A stretch of 64,000 nucleotides of DNA, taken from assembly GCF_011617245.1 (NCBI RefSeq), contig NZ_CP050152.1, positions 1,910,503 through 1,974,502 of the forward strand, read 5' to 3'. Positions 1 to 8,377 of this stretch are shown here, in pieces; position 1 is the first letter of the stretch, and every line of letters begins with the position of its first letter. The translations under genes were made by a program, and so were the position numbers. The notes under the pieces were generated by a model, which was not told the DNA's origin, did not search any database, and saw only the letters and a program-made list of their open reading frames with translations. The DNA comes from Brevibacterium atlanticum. Its GTDB lineage: Bacteria; Actinomycetota; Actinomycetes; Actinomycetales; Brevibacteriaceae.

Positions 1-330
1 CGCACCGGATGGCAGATGCGCGACACGATCACGGTGGGCGACCTTCATAGCGCCGCGGCCGAGGGCATCGAAGAGATCAGCGCCGGTGCGCCTCAGGGTT
101 CGGGAGGTCATGCGGTCAAAGCGCTGCGTTCCCGGGTGTGGTCACGCCGAATGACGGGTGCCGCCGGCACCGGACTGCCCGGCGGCCTGGCTTTCGCGGC
201 CGCAGCGCTGCGCTTCATCCCGACAGCCGGGCGCGACGATGACCGGGAGCTGAGCGTCATGGAAGCCTCGGGTTGGCTGCGCATCGCCGCACCGGGAGGC
301 CATCTGCTCACCCGCGCCCGCGGGTGACGC
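1..330 (+). CDS. C-terminal fragment of an unidentified protein; the ORF runs off the left edge of the window
   Basis: Open frame from base 1 to TGA at 328-330. No recognisable motif. High-GC codon bias is compatible with coding. Confidence 0.2.
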
Positions 331-346
331 ACCCGTGCTCACCTGA

Positions 347-751
347 TCAGCGGATGTTGGGGTTCGCGGAGTTGACCATCGCGGTCGCCGCCCGCTGAAA
401 GTAGTCCCAGAACATCTCGTCGTAGAGCGGAGGCAGAGCGACGTCGTCGAGGGCCGCGCGCATGCAACGCAGCCAACGGTCCCGTGCGTCGAAGTCGATG
501 GGGTAGTCGAAGTGACGCATCCGCAAGCGCGGATGTCCGCGCTGCTCCTGATAGGTCGACGGTCCGCCGAAGTACTGCTCGAGGAAGGTCTGCAGGCGGT
601 GCTTCGCCCCGGTGAGCTCATGTCCGTCGGGGTACATGGCAATGAGCTGAGCATCCTTGTCGACATGCTCATAGAAGACATCGACGAGGCGGGTGAATGT
701 CCCGTGTCCGCCGACGGCCGCGAAGATCGAATCGTCACTCGTCTGCGTCAT
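347..751 (-). CDS. glbO: Group II truncated hemoglobin (trHbO)
   Basis: Translation from the ATG at 749-751: MTQTSDDSIFAAVGGHGTFTRLVDVFYEHV...HPRLRMRHFDYPIDFDARDRWLRCMRAALD, typical of 2-on-2 globin group II. Synteny with pepN, Rv2466c-like and rpiB as in M. tuberculosis. The ORF-track start at 880 is an upstream extension. Confidence 0.8.
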   Translation of the reverse strand: MTQTSDDSIFAAVGGHGTFTRLVDVFYEHVDKDAQLIAMYPDGHELTGAKHRLQTFLEQYFGGPSTYQEQRGHPRLRMRHFDYPIDFDARDRWLRCMRAALDDVALPPLYDEMFWDYFQRAATAMVNSANPNIR

Positions 752-1916
752 CGCTCGACCCTTCGCTCGGTGAGTCCTCCTGCGCGGTGGCACGGATCTC
801 CTGCTCGCTGGGCAGAGGGGAGGGGGATTCGTCGCTGTTCGCGGTCGAGGACCTCTGCCCCCGACGCTCGTCCCGGCCACGCTCGTCCCGCACCGAGGTG
901 GTGACGACGGATCCGGTCACGGAGCTCTCTGCGGAGCCCTCCTCGGAAGACTCCTCGTCTGTGGCCGGCAGTGTGCGCAGAACGGTCTCCTGGACCATTC
1001 CGATCTGTCCTCCGCGCTCGGCCAGCTCCGTCATCAGCTCGGCTCGGAAAGCGCGTTCGACCATCCACTGCTGGTTCGGTTTCGTCTTGACCATCGTGCG
1101 GATGACCCGGTACGACCCGGACAGGGACTGCACGCCGGCGATCTCCGGATCCTCGAGCATGGCCCGAGCGATCTCGGGGTCCTTCTTCAGTGTGCGGGTG
1201 ACGTTCGCGGTCATCTCACGGTAGTCGTCCATCGAGGTCCGGTAGTCGATGGGGATGTCGAGGACGGCGCGGGCCCAGCCCTGGGAGAGGTTGCCCACTC
1301 GCAGGATCTCGCCGTTGCGCACATGCCACAGGGTGCCGGTGAGGTCGCGGACCTGGGTCCGGCGCAGACCGACGTCCTCGACCTCGCCGACGGCTTCGCC
1401 CAGATCGACGGTGTCGCCGATTCCGTACTGATCCTCGATGACGATGAAGAATCCCGACAGGTAGTCGCGGACGAGCTCCTGCGCACCGAAGGCGATGGCG
1501 ACACCGGCGATACCGGCCGATGCGAGGATCGGCGCGATGTTGAAGTTCAATGCGTCGAGGATCATGAGCGCGGCGATGACGCTGATGAGGATCGTCGTCA
1601 CCGAGGACAGCATGCGTCCGACGGTCTTCGCCCGCTGCGCGCGCCGTTCCTTGATCGTCTGCTGATCGATGCCCGTCCGCTGTGCTTCGAGCGCGGTGGC
1701 GGAGAACTTCGTCAGCCCTGCTCCGTCAGCCTTCTCGCTGCCGACAGTGCCTTTCGCGACCGCGGTGGTGAAGCGGCGGATGAAGTACCGGACGATGAGG
1801 TTGACGACGAAGGCCAAGATGACGATGACCGTGATCTGCAGCGGAGCACCGAGGAGGAACGACCAATCGAAGTCACTTGCGGCTTGAACAGTGGTATCCA
1901 TTGCGTCAGAAGTCAT
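735..1916 (-). CDS. MscS-family mechanosensitive ion channel with acidic Ser/Glu-rich C-terminal tail
   Basis: N-terminal TM helices followed by the conserved MscS beta domain (GDTVDLGEAVGEVEDVGLRRTQVRDLTGTLWHVRNGEI). Overlaps glbO by 17 nt. Confidence 0.7.
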   Translation of the reverse strand: MTSDAMDTTVQAASDFDWSFLLGAPLQITVIVILAFVVNLIVRYFIRRFTTAVAKGTVGSEKADGAGLTKFSATALEAQRTGIDQQTIKERRAQRAKTVGRMLSSVTTILISVIAALMILDALNFNIAPILASAGIAGVAIAFGAQELVRDYLSGFFIVIEDQYGIGDTVDLGEAVGEVEDVGLRRTQVRDLTGTLWHVRNGEILRVGNLSQGWARAVLDIPIDYRTSMDDYREMTANVTRTLKKDPEIARAMLEDPEIAGVQSLSGSYRVIRTMVKTKPNQQWMVERAFRAELMTELAERGGQIGMVQETVLRTLPATDEESSEEGSAESSVTGSVVTTSVRDERGRDERRGQRSSTANSDESPSPLPSEQEIRATAQEDSPSEGSSDDADE

Positions 1917-1928
1917 GATCTCTCGAGA

Positions 1929-4583
1929 CTAGCCCTCGAGGTTCAATGATCCCTTGGAAGCGCTGGACACTCGCTGAACCTCCAGCGCTCGTTCGACCTC
2001 GGCGAGGTTCTCCCTCATCAGCCTCAGCAGGCCCTTCGGTGCCGCGGGATGATCAGCCAGCCACTTCTGGGCGGCCGAGACCGTGACGGAACTCACCGGT
2101 GGGAACAGTCGCAGAGTCATCGTCTGCGCGGTCTCGAGGGTTCTGGTCTCCCACCAGCCGGCGACGCGGTCGAAGTACTCATCGGCGAACGGCCGCAGCG
2201 GCGACTGCGGGGCGATGATCCCGCCATCGGGTCGCTGCAGCCCGGAGCCGAAGCCGAGCGCGAGGGCCCCGAGTTCGGAGTTCGGCAGGTCCAGATCGTC
2301 GACGAGGCGGGTGAAGGTCTCGGACTTCGCTGCCGAGGTAGGGCGGGAGGCCCTGGCGGTCGCGGCCTGGCGGGCGCCGGTGGCGGTGGGATCACGGCGG
2401 CTCATCTCCTCGACGGCCGAATCGTCGACGGCGTCGTTGGCACACAGGCCGATGAGGATCTCCCAGGTGAGATCGGTGTCGAGGGCGATCCCGGAGACCG
2501 TTTCGCGTGCGGGGTCGAACCATGATCTCAGCCGGTGCAGCTGTTCCTCGGTGACGGCGTGCCTGATGAACCCACGGACGAACTGGAAGGCCTGATCGGT
2601 GCCCTCCTCGATGGTTCCGAGCAGCTCGATGAACCGGTCGGCGAGTCGCGCATGCGTCGCGGTGCGCTGCTCGGGCGGCAGATAGGACGAGACTGCGGTG
2701 TCGAGCTGGCGCATCTGGGTGAGCAGTCCCGACGAATGGGTGATCGCACCCAGATGGGTGATGACGGTGTCGAGGTAGTCCTGGACCGGACGCTGTCCGT
2801 CGCGGACCTCGTCCCACAGGGTGGCCAGCACGAGCAGCTGGGTGAGCGAATCGTCGAAGTCGCTCAGCCGGCGGGCAGCGGTGGCCATGCTGCGATCGTC
2901 GAACCGCACCTTGGTGTAGCTGAGGTCGGCATCGTTGACGACGATGACGTCCGGGCGGGGCAGTCCCCTCGCCTCGTCGACGGTGACGGCGGCGGAGTCG
3001 ATGTCGATGGGGAACGAATGGGTGCGGGTCAGGCGTCCGTCGCCGGAATCGGAGTAGAAGCCGATTGCGAGTCGATGCGGACGCAGGGACGGGGTCGGCT
3101 GCCCTTCGAGCGACCACGGAGCCTGGGTGACGCGCAGGCTCTCGATCACCTCGGCGTCGGCTTCACCCGTGGTCTCGAGGTCGGCTTCGATGAGATTGAC
3201 ACCGGACTCCTCGAGCCACAGTTTCGACCAGCTGGTCAGATCTCGACCCGAGGTGGCGGCGAGCTCATCGAGCAGATCGACAAGCTCCGTGTTCGACCAG
3301 GCGTGCTTGTCGAAGTAGCGCTTGAGCCCGGTGAAGAACTCGTCGCGACCGACCCAGGCCACGAGCTGTTTGAGCACCGAGGCACCCTTCGCGTAGGTGA
3401 TGCCGTCGAAGTTGACCTCGACATCCGCGAGGTCCTCGATCGCTGCGACGATCGGGTGGGTGCTCGGCAGCTGATCCTGACGGTAGGCCCAGGACTTCTC
3501 GATCGTGGCGAAGGTCGTCCATGCATCGGCGAACTTCGTCGCCTCCGCCGTGGCCAGCGTCGACATGAACTCGGCGAAGGACTCGTTGAGCCACAGATCG
3601 TTCCACCAGCGCATGGTCACGAGGTCGCCGAACCACATATGGGCGAGTTCGTGGAGGACGGTGACGGTTCGCCGCTCGACGAGCGCCCCGGTCGGACGGG
3701 ATCGGAACACATAGTTCTCGAGGATCGTCACGGCGCCCGCGTTCTCCATCGCCCCGGCATTGAACTCGGGTACGAAGAGCTGATCGTACTTCTCGAAGGG
3801 GTAGGAGACTCCGAACTCGCGTTCGAAGAACTCGAAGCCGGCCTTCGTGACGGCGAAGAGTTCGTCGGCGTCGAGGTAGTCGAACAGCGAGGACCGGCAG
3901 TACAGGCCCAGCGGGACCGGAGACCCGTCCGAGGAGGTGAGCTCCGAATGGACCGACCGGTAGGGTCCGGCGATGATCGCGGTGATGTAGGACGAGATCG
4001 GGGTGGTGGGAGCGAACTGCCACACGGCCATTCCCTCGATCGGCACCTCGCCGAGGTCGGTGAACGTCTCTTTCGGGTCGCCCGGGGTCGGAGTCGGGGA
4101 GTTCGAGACGACCGTCCACTTCTCGGGGGCGACGACGGTGAAGGAGAAGGGGGATTTGATGTCCGGCTGCTCGAAGACGGGGAACACGCGCCGGGCATCG
4201 GGCACCTCGAACTGCGAATAGAGATAGACCTCGTCATCGACCGGGTCGACGAAGCGGTGCAGGCCCTCTCCAGTGTTCATATACCAGAAGTGCGCGTCGA
4301 TGACGAGCTCGTTCTCGGCGGCGAGACCGGGCAGGCTGATGCGGGCGGGGGAGACCACCTCGGCGAGTTCCAGGTCGAGACCGTTGAGACGCACGCGTTC
4401 GACGCTGGCGGTGATGGCATCGATGAAGGTCGTCGACTCCGGTGCGGCGGTGAACCGGATCCGGGAGCGCACGCGGAAGCTCTCACCCTCCCCTGTGAGG
4501 ATCAGGGTGTGCTCGTAGCTCGAGACGTCCACCAGGGCTGACCGTTCGCGTGCTTCGTCGCGGGTGAGGTTGTATTGCGGCAC
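1929..4583 (-). CDS. pepN: Aminopeptidase N (M1 family zinc metallopeptidase)
   Basis: GAMEN motif (FNAGAMENAGAVT) and zinc site HELAHMWFGDLVTMRWWNDLWLNESFA. The N-terminus MPQYNLTRDEA fits the pepN consensus if the GTG at 4581-4583 (RBS GAAGG 10 nt upstream) is used. The ORF track extends to 4673. Confidence 0.85.
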   Translation of the reverse strand: MPQYNLTRDEARERSALVDVSSYEHTLILTGEGESFRVRSRIRFTAAPESTTFIDAITASVERVRLNGLDLELAEVVSPARISLPGLAAENELVIDAHFWYMNTGEGLHRFVDPVDDEVYLYSQFEVPDARRVFPVFEQPDIKSPFSFTVVAPEKWTVVSNSPTPTPGDPKETFTDLGEVPIEGMAVWQFAPTTPISSYITAIIAGPYRSVHSELTSSDGSPVPLGLYCRSSLFDYLDADELFAVTKAGFEFFEREFGVSYPFEKYDQLFVPEFNAGAMENAGAVTILENYVFRSRPTGALVERRTVTVLHELAHMWFGDLVTMRWWNDLWLNESFAEFMSTLATAEATKFADAWTTFATIEKSWAYRQDQLPSTHPIVAAIEDLADVEVNFDGITYAKGASVLKQLVAWVGRDEFFTGLKRYFDKHAWSNTELVDLLDELAATSGRDLTSWSKLWLEESGVNLIEADLETTGEADAEVIESLRVTQAPWSLEGQPTPSLRPHRLAIGFYSDSGDGRLTRTHSFPIDIDSAAVTVDEARGLPRPDVIVVNDADLSYTKVRFDDRSMATAARRLSDFDDSLTQLLVLATLWDEVRDGQRPVQDYLDTVITHLGAITHSSGLLTQMRQLDTAVSSYLPPEQRTATHARLADRFIELLGTIEEGTDQAFQFVRGFIRHAVTEEQLHRLRSWFDPARETVSGIALDTDLTWEILIGLCANDAVDDSAVEEMSRRDPTATGARQAATARASRPTSAAKSETFTRLVDDLDLPNSELGALALGFGSGLQRPDGGIIAPQSPLRPFADEYFDRVAGWWETRTLETAQTMTLRLFPPVSSVTVSAAQKWLADHPAAPKGLLRLMRENLAEVERALEVQRVSSASKGSLNLEG

Positions 4584-4787
4584 AGTGAGGTGACCTTCGC
4601 TTCGGGAACCGGGTGTACTCGGCCATTCTTTCATGGACGACCGACACGGCGGCCGAATTCCTCTCCCCGGCATGACTCGACCGCGATCCGACCGCTTTCA
4701 ATGCGTTCGGACCTTGTTGGTAGATTGAGCATCAGAACAGCGGGTGCCCTCCGCGGCACGTGCACAACCCGAGAATGAGGAGAGACA

Positions 4788-5393
4788 GTGAGCAAGGAAA
4801 CACTCGATCTGTGGTTCGACACTGCGTGCCCGTGGGCCTGGATGACCTCCCGCTGGGGGCTCGAAGTGGCGAAGGTGCGCGACGTCGAGGTGAAGTTCCG
4901 GCCGATGAGCCTCAACTTCCTCAACCGCGACAAGGACATTCCCGGTGACTACCGAGCGCTGATGAATCGTGCGCTGGCTCCGATGCGGATCGTCACCGCC
5001 GCCATCGCCGAACACGGCGACGAGGTGGCCGAACCGCTCTACACCGCCATCGGCACCCGCATCCACCCGGGCGGAGAGAAGGACTTCGAGAAGGCCGTCT
5101 CCGAGGCCCTGAAAGAGGTGGGGCTGCCGGCAGATCTCATGAAGTACGGCGAGACCGACGACTACGATGCGGCGCTGCAGACCTCCCACGATGAGGCTCT
5201 GTCGCTCGTCGGCGACGATGTCGGAACCCCGATCTGTCGCGTCGCGGGCACCGCGTTCTTCGGACCCGTCGTGACTCCGGCGCCGAAGGGTGAAGCCGCG
5301 GGCCGTCTCTTCGACGGTGTCCTCGCGGTCGCCTCGACACCCGGCTTCTTCGAGCTCAAGCGCACTCGCGACGTGGGACCGATCTTCGACTGA
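4788..5393 (+). CDS. DsbA-fold thioredoxin-like protein, Rv2466c/mycoredoxin-2 family, with active-site CPWA instead of CPWC
   Basis: Near-colinear with M. tuberculosis Rv2466c ([31 protein letters not shown] versus [31 protein letters not shown]; C-terminal FFELKRTR conserved). Same position between pepN and rpiB. Confidence 0.75.
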   Translation: [201 protein letters not shown]

Positions 5394-5470
5394 AGACCCA
5401 CCCTCTCGATCGCTCAGACATCGACCGCTCAGACACCGACCCGACCGCTCAGACACCGAAAGGCACACAG

Positions 5471-5944
5471 ATGAAGGTTCACCTCGGCACCGACCATGCC
5501 GGATTCGAATTCAAAGAGGTCCTCAAGGCCCACCTCGACGAGGCGGGGCACGAGATCGTCGACCACGGCGCCCTCGAATACGACGCCCTCGATGACTACC
5601 CGGCGTTCTGCATCGCCGCCGCCCAGGGCGTCGTCGACGACCGGGCTGCCGGCATCGACGCACTCGGCGTCGTCATCGGCGGCTCCGGCAACGGCGAGCA
5701 GATGGCGGCCAACCTCGTCAAGGGTGCACGTACGGCCTTGGCCTGGAACCCGGAGATCTCGAAGTTGGCCCGCCAGCACAACGACGCGCAGATCGTAGCG
5801 GTCGGTGCCCGCCAGCACCCGGAGGCCGAAGCGATCGCGATCGTCGACGCGTTCCTGGCCGAACCCTTCTCCGGCGACGACCGTCACTCACGCCGCATCG
5901 CCATCATGGCCGACTACGAGGAGCAGGGCCAGCAGGCCCTGTGA
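5471..5944 (+). CDS. rpiB: Ribose-5-phosphate isomerase B
   Basis: MKVHLGTDHAGFEFKEVL...VIGGSGNGEQMAANLVKGARTALAWN, RpiB/LacAB family. Synteny with Rv2465c. Confidence 0.85.
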   Translation: MKVHLGTDHAGFEFKEVLKAHLDEAGHEIVDHGALEYDALDDYPAFCIAAAQGVVDDRAAGIDALGVVIGGSGNGEQMAANLVKGARTALAWNPEISKLARQHNDAQIVAVGARQHPEAEAIAIVDAFLAEPFSGDDRHSRRIAIMADYEEQGQQAL

Positions 5945-6028
5945 CAGACAGGCCGCCATGACTGGGGGACGCGCGAGAACCGAGATGGTCGCGATGGCAA
6001 CGGGAAACGCTGCGGACGGAGGAGCGCT

Positions 6029-7141
6029 GTGAGGATCCGAGGCGCAGTGCTGCGTGAGATGGGGCGGCCCCGTCCGTTCGCCACCTCGCAGCCGATGACG
6101 ATCGAGGCCCTCGAACTCGACTCGCCCGGCCCCGGTGAAGTGCTCATCCGGATGCGCGCCGCCGGCGTCTGCCACTCGGACCTCTCCGTCGTCGACGGCA
6201 ACCGGCCCCGACCTCTGCCGATGCTGCTCGGCCACGAGGGCGCCGGCGTGGTCGAGGCGCTCGGGGAGGGGGTGGACGACCTCGAGATCGGACAGCAGGT
6301 CGTCACGGTGTTCCTGCCCCGTTGCGGGGAATGCGCGAACTGCCGCACCGACGGCAAACTCCCGTGCTCTCCGGGCAGCGCGACGAACGGCGCAGGGACC
6401 CTGCCCTTCGACGAACACAAGGTGCGACTGCACGATCACACCGGCACCGAGGTGCTCCACCACCTCGGCGCGTCCGTGTTCGCCACCCATGCGGTGCTCA
6501 ACCGTGCCTCACTCGTGCCGATCGATGATGACATTCCAGCGCCGATCGCCGCGGTGCTCGGCTGTGCGGTGCTCACCGGCGGGGGAGCGGTGCTCAACGC
6601 CGGCCGTCCCGGCCCCGATGACGAGGTGATGATCGTCGGCCTCGGCGGTGTCGGCATGGCCGCGCTCATCACCGCGCTGTCGATCGACACCGCGGGAGTC
6701 ATCGGGGTCGACGCGAACCCGGACAAACTCGTGCGAGCGAAGGAGCTCGGAGCCGACGAGGTCTACACCCCGGAGCAGCTCGGAGACCGGAAGGCTCCGA
6801 TCGTCATCGAATGCGTCGGACATGCCCGCGCATTCGAGACCGCGTTCGCAGCGACGGCCGTGGGCGGGACGACGGTGACGGTGGGGCTGCCCGCCCCGGA
6901 TGCGCAGTCGCACATCACCCCGGTGACGCTGACGGCCGAGGCGCGCACGGTGATCGGCTCCTACCTCGGTTCGGCGGTGCCGAGCCGGGACATCCCCGTC
7001 TACGCCGATCTGTGGAGGGCAGGCCGGCTGCCGGTCGAGGAACTCATCTCCGACACCATCGGTCTGAACGATCTCAATTCGGCCTTCGACGCCCTGTCCG
7101 ACGGTCGGGTCGTGCGACAGATCATCGACTTCGAGGCGTGA
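6029..7141 (+). CDS. Zinc-dependent alcohol dehydrogenase (MDR superfamily)
   Basis: GHEGAGVV and CHSD zinc-ligand motifs, structural zinc Cys cluster CGECANCRTDGKLPC, Rossmann motif GLGGVG. GTG start with GGAGGA RBS. The last 10 nt of the gene plus stop lie inside the 100-bp direct repeat. Confidence 0.75.
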   Translation: MRIRGAVLREMGRPRPFATSQPMTIEALELDSPGPGEVLIRMRAAGVCHSDLSVVDGNRPRPLPMLLGHEGAGVVEALGEGVDDLEIGQQVVTVFLPRCGECANCRTDGKLPCSPGSATNGAGTLPFDEHKVRLHDHTGTEVLHHLGASVFATHAVLNRASLVPIDDDIPAPIAAVLGCAVLTGGGAVLNAGRPGPDDEVMIVGLGGVGMAALITALSIDTAGVIGVDANPDKLVRAKELGADEVYTPEQLGDRKAPIVIECVGHARAFETAFAATAVGGTTVTVGLPAPDAQSHITPVTLTAEARTVIGSYLGSAVPSRDIPVYADLWRAGRLPVEELISDTIGLNDLNSAFDALSDGRVVRQIIDFEA

Positions 7142-7231
7142 GCGAATGACGAAGCCGCCCGGACCTGATGGTCCGGGCGGCTTCGGTGCGTCGGGATGAC
7201 AGGATTTGAACCTGCGACCCTCTGTTCCCAA
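7132..7231. repeat. Direct repeat copy 1 (attL-like): partial 3' end of tRNA-Pro plus 59 nt of flank, including the ADH stop codon
   Basis: 100/100 alignment to 7967-8066 with a single mismatch (7158 C versus 7993 T). Identity ends abruptly at 7232. Confidence 0.8.
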
Positions 7232-7966
7232 CACTGCAGAGAGGTGTTTGCAGAGTACGACCTCGACGGTGAGGTCTGTGCTCATGGATCATACGGACGT
7301 AAGTGCGGATGGCAGCACGCCTGCGGCGGAGGTGCTGTGCTGGTCGTGGGTCAGTCAGCAGGTGTGAGGCGGTGCACTGACTTCCCGGCTGTGTATCGTT
7401 CGGCCCGGACAGACTCAGTCACGATGCGGTCTGAGCCCCTGATCGTTCGCGAACACCAGGTAGGATTCTGGCCATGAGCGATGACTTTGGGCCCTCTGAG
7501 ACTCCGTTGTTTCTCAGGACCTTTGCCAATCGGAAGTGCACCAGCCTGACTGCAACCCTCGTGCTGGACGCCGGGCTTACGGCCCTGTGGTTTTGGCTCA
7601 CGGTCTTCGAGTGCACGTGGCCGCCCGTGATTCTCGGGAGTGCGCCGCCATCGGAGTTGATCCTGCTGGCGGGATTCGGCGTTGCCAACGCCCTGCTTTA
7701 TCCATTCTCGCGCGAGATCTACTTCCGGGCGACGGCTTTCATCCCGCGAGTCATCGCGTGGGGCGGCAGTCCGTTATGGATGACTTTCGGACTCCTCCTC
7801 CTCATCGTGCGGTTCGCCGCATTCATCTACACGTGGCTGCTCGCCATTCCTCTGGGCCTCGTGGGACTGGTCTATCTCACCTGGCAGGAGCGAGCCGGAC
7901 GTGGATACCGCATCGTTTCGTGACTCGGGGAGGGAGCTTAGTCGACGTTGCGCGGCCCTCGATACC
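7232..7966. mobile_element. 735-bp inserted segment bracketed by the 100-bp direct repeats; putative remnant of a tRNA-Pro-integrated element (cargo only, no integrase)
   Basis: Flanked by a duplicated tRNA 3' end, which is the classic signature of site-specific integration. GC content of the insert is visibly lower (~58-60%) than the surroundings. It carries one small membrane-protein gene. Confidence 0.35.
7474..7923 (+). CDS. Small hypothetical membrane protein (about 4 TM helices) carried on the insert
   Basis: 149-aa ORF rich in hydrophobic helices (LTALWFWLTVF, LILLAGFGVANALLY, WMTFGLLLLIVRFAAFIYTWLLAIPLGLVGLVYL). ATG start. No recognisable family. Confidence 0.4.
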   Translation: MSDDFGPSETPLFLRTFANRKCTSLTATLVLDAGLTALWFWLTVFECTWPPVILGSAPPSELILLAGFGVANALLYPFSREIYFRATAFIPRVIAWGGSPLWMTFGLLLLIVRFAAFIYTWLLAIPLGLVGLVYLTWQERAGRGYRIVS

Positions 7967-8066
7967 CGAGGCGTGAGCGAATGACGAAGCCGTCCGGACC
8001 TGATGGTCCGGGCGGCTTCGGTGCGTCGGGATGACAGGATTTGAACCTGCGACCCTCTGTTCCCAA
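7967..8066. repeat. Direct repeat copy 2 (attR-like), overlapping the 3' 41 nt of intact tRNA-Pro
   Basis: See copy 1. Confidence 0.8.
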
Positions 8067-8099
8067 AACAGATGCGCTACCAAGCTGCGCCACATCCCG
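8026..8099 (-). tRNA. tRNA-Pro (anticodon GGG)
   Basis: Reverse complement folds as a cloverleaf: acceptor CGGGATG/CATCCCG, anticodon stem CTGTT/AACAG with loop TTGGGAA, T-loop GGTTCAAATCC. No encoded CCA. Confidence 0.85.
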
Positions 8100-8234
8100 C
8101 GACGGCTACTATCTAACCACAGCCGGGTCGACAATCGCACCTCGAACTCGGGTCTCGACGGCGATGTGACCTAGTTCATGAAAGGCCGATTTGGTGCCGG
8201 TGCGCAGTCTCGACTATAGTCGATCTCGCACCAC

Positions 8235-8308
8235 GGGGATGTAGCTCAATGGTAGAGCCTCAGTCTTCCAAACTGATGGTGCGGGTTCGATTCCCGTCAT
8301 CCCCTCCA
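8235..8308 (+). tRNA. tRNA-Gly (anticodon TCC)
   Basis: GGGGATGTAGCTCAATGGTAGAGC..., anticodon stem TCAGT/ACTGA with loop CTTCCAA, T-loop GGTTCGATTCC. CCA is encoded. Confidence 0.85.
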
Positions 8309-8311
8309 CAG

Positions 8312-8340
8312 CCGGTCTGACTTTCGGGTCAGGCCGGTTT
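8312..8340 (+). terminator. Intrinsic terminator hairpin with T-tract after tRNA-Gly
   Basis: CCGGTCTGAC-TTTCGG-GTCAGGCCGG followed by TTTCTTC. Confidence 0.5.
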
Positions 8341-8377
8341 CTTCATGCCCACATGCTCCGCCCGGTAGGATGCGGCC

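Noticed and set aside
2535-4541. 668-aa ORF antisense to pepN (and similar long antisense ORFs at 9953-10981, 24241-26136, 47613-48878, 38027-39637, 19380-20630)
   Set aside because: These are typical shadow ORFs of 68-70% GC DNA. Translations are Arg/Gly/Asp-rich low-complexity with no motifs, and each is fully overlapped by a well-supported gene on the other strand.
7196-7477. 93-aa ORF (MTGFEPATLCSQ...) in the inserted segment
   Set aside because: It begins inside the duplicated tRNA-Pro 3' fragment (ATGACAGGATTTGAACC is tRNA T-arm sequence read as protein) and has no RBS; it is spurious.
7132-8340. Search for integrase/transposase near the tRNA cluster (Pro, Gly)
   Set aside because: No ORF with recombinase motifs (R-H-R-Y or DDE) in any frame. 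Only the small membrane protein is present, so no complete mobile element can be called.
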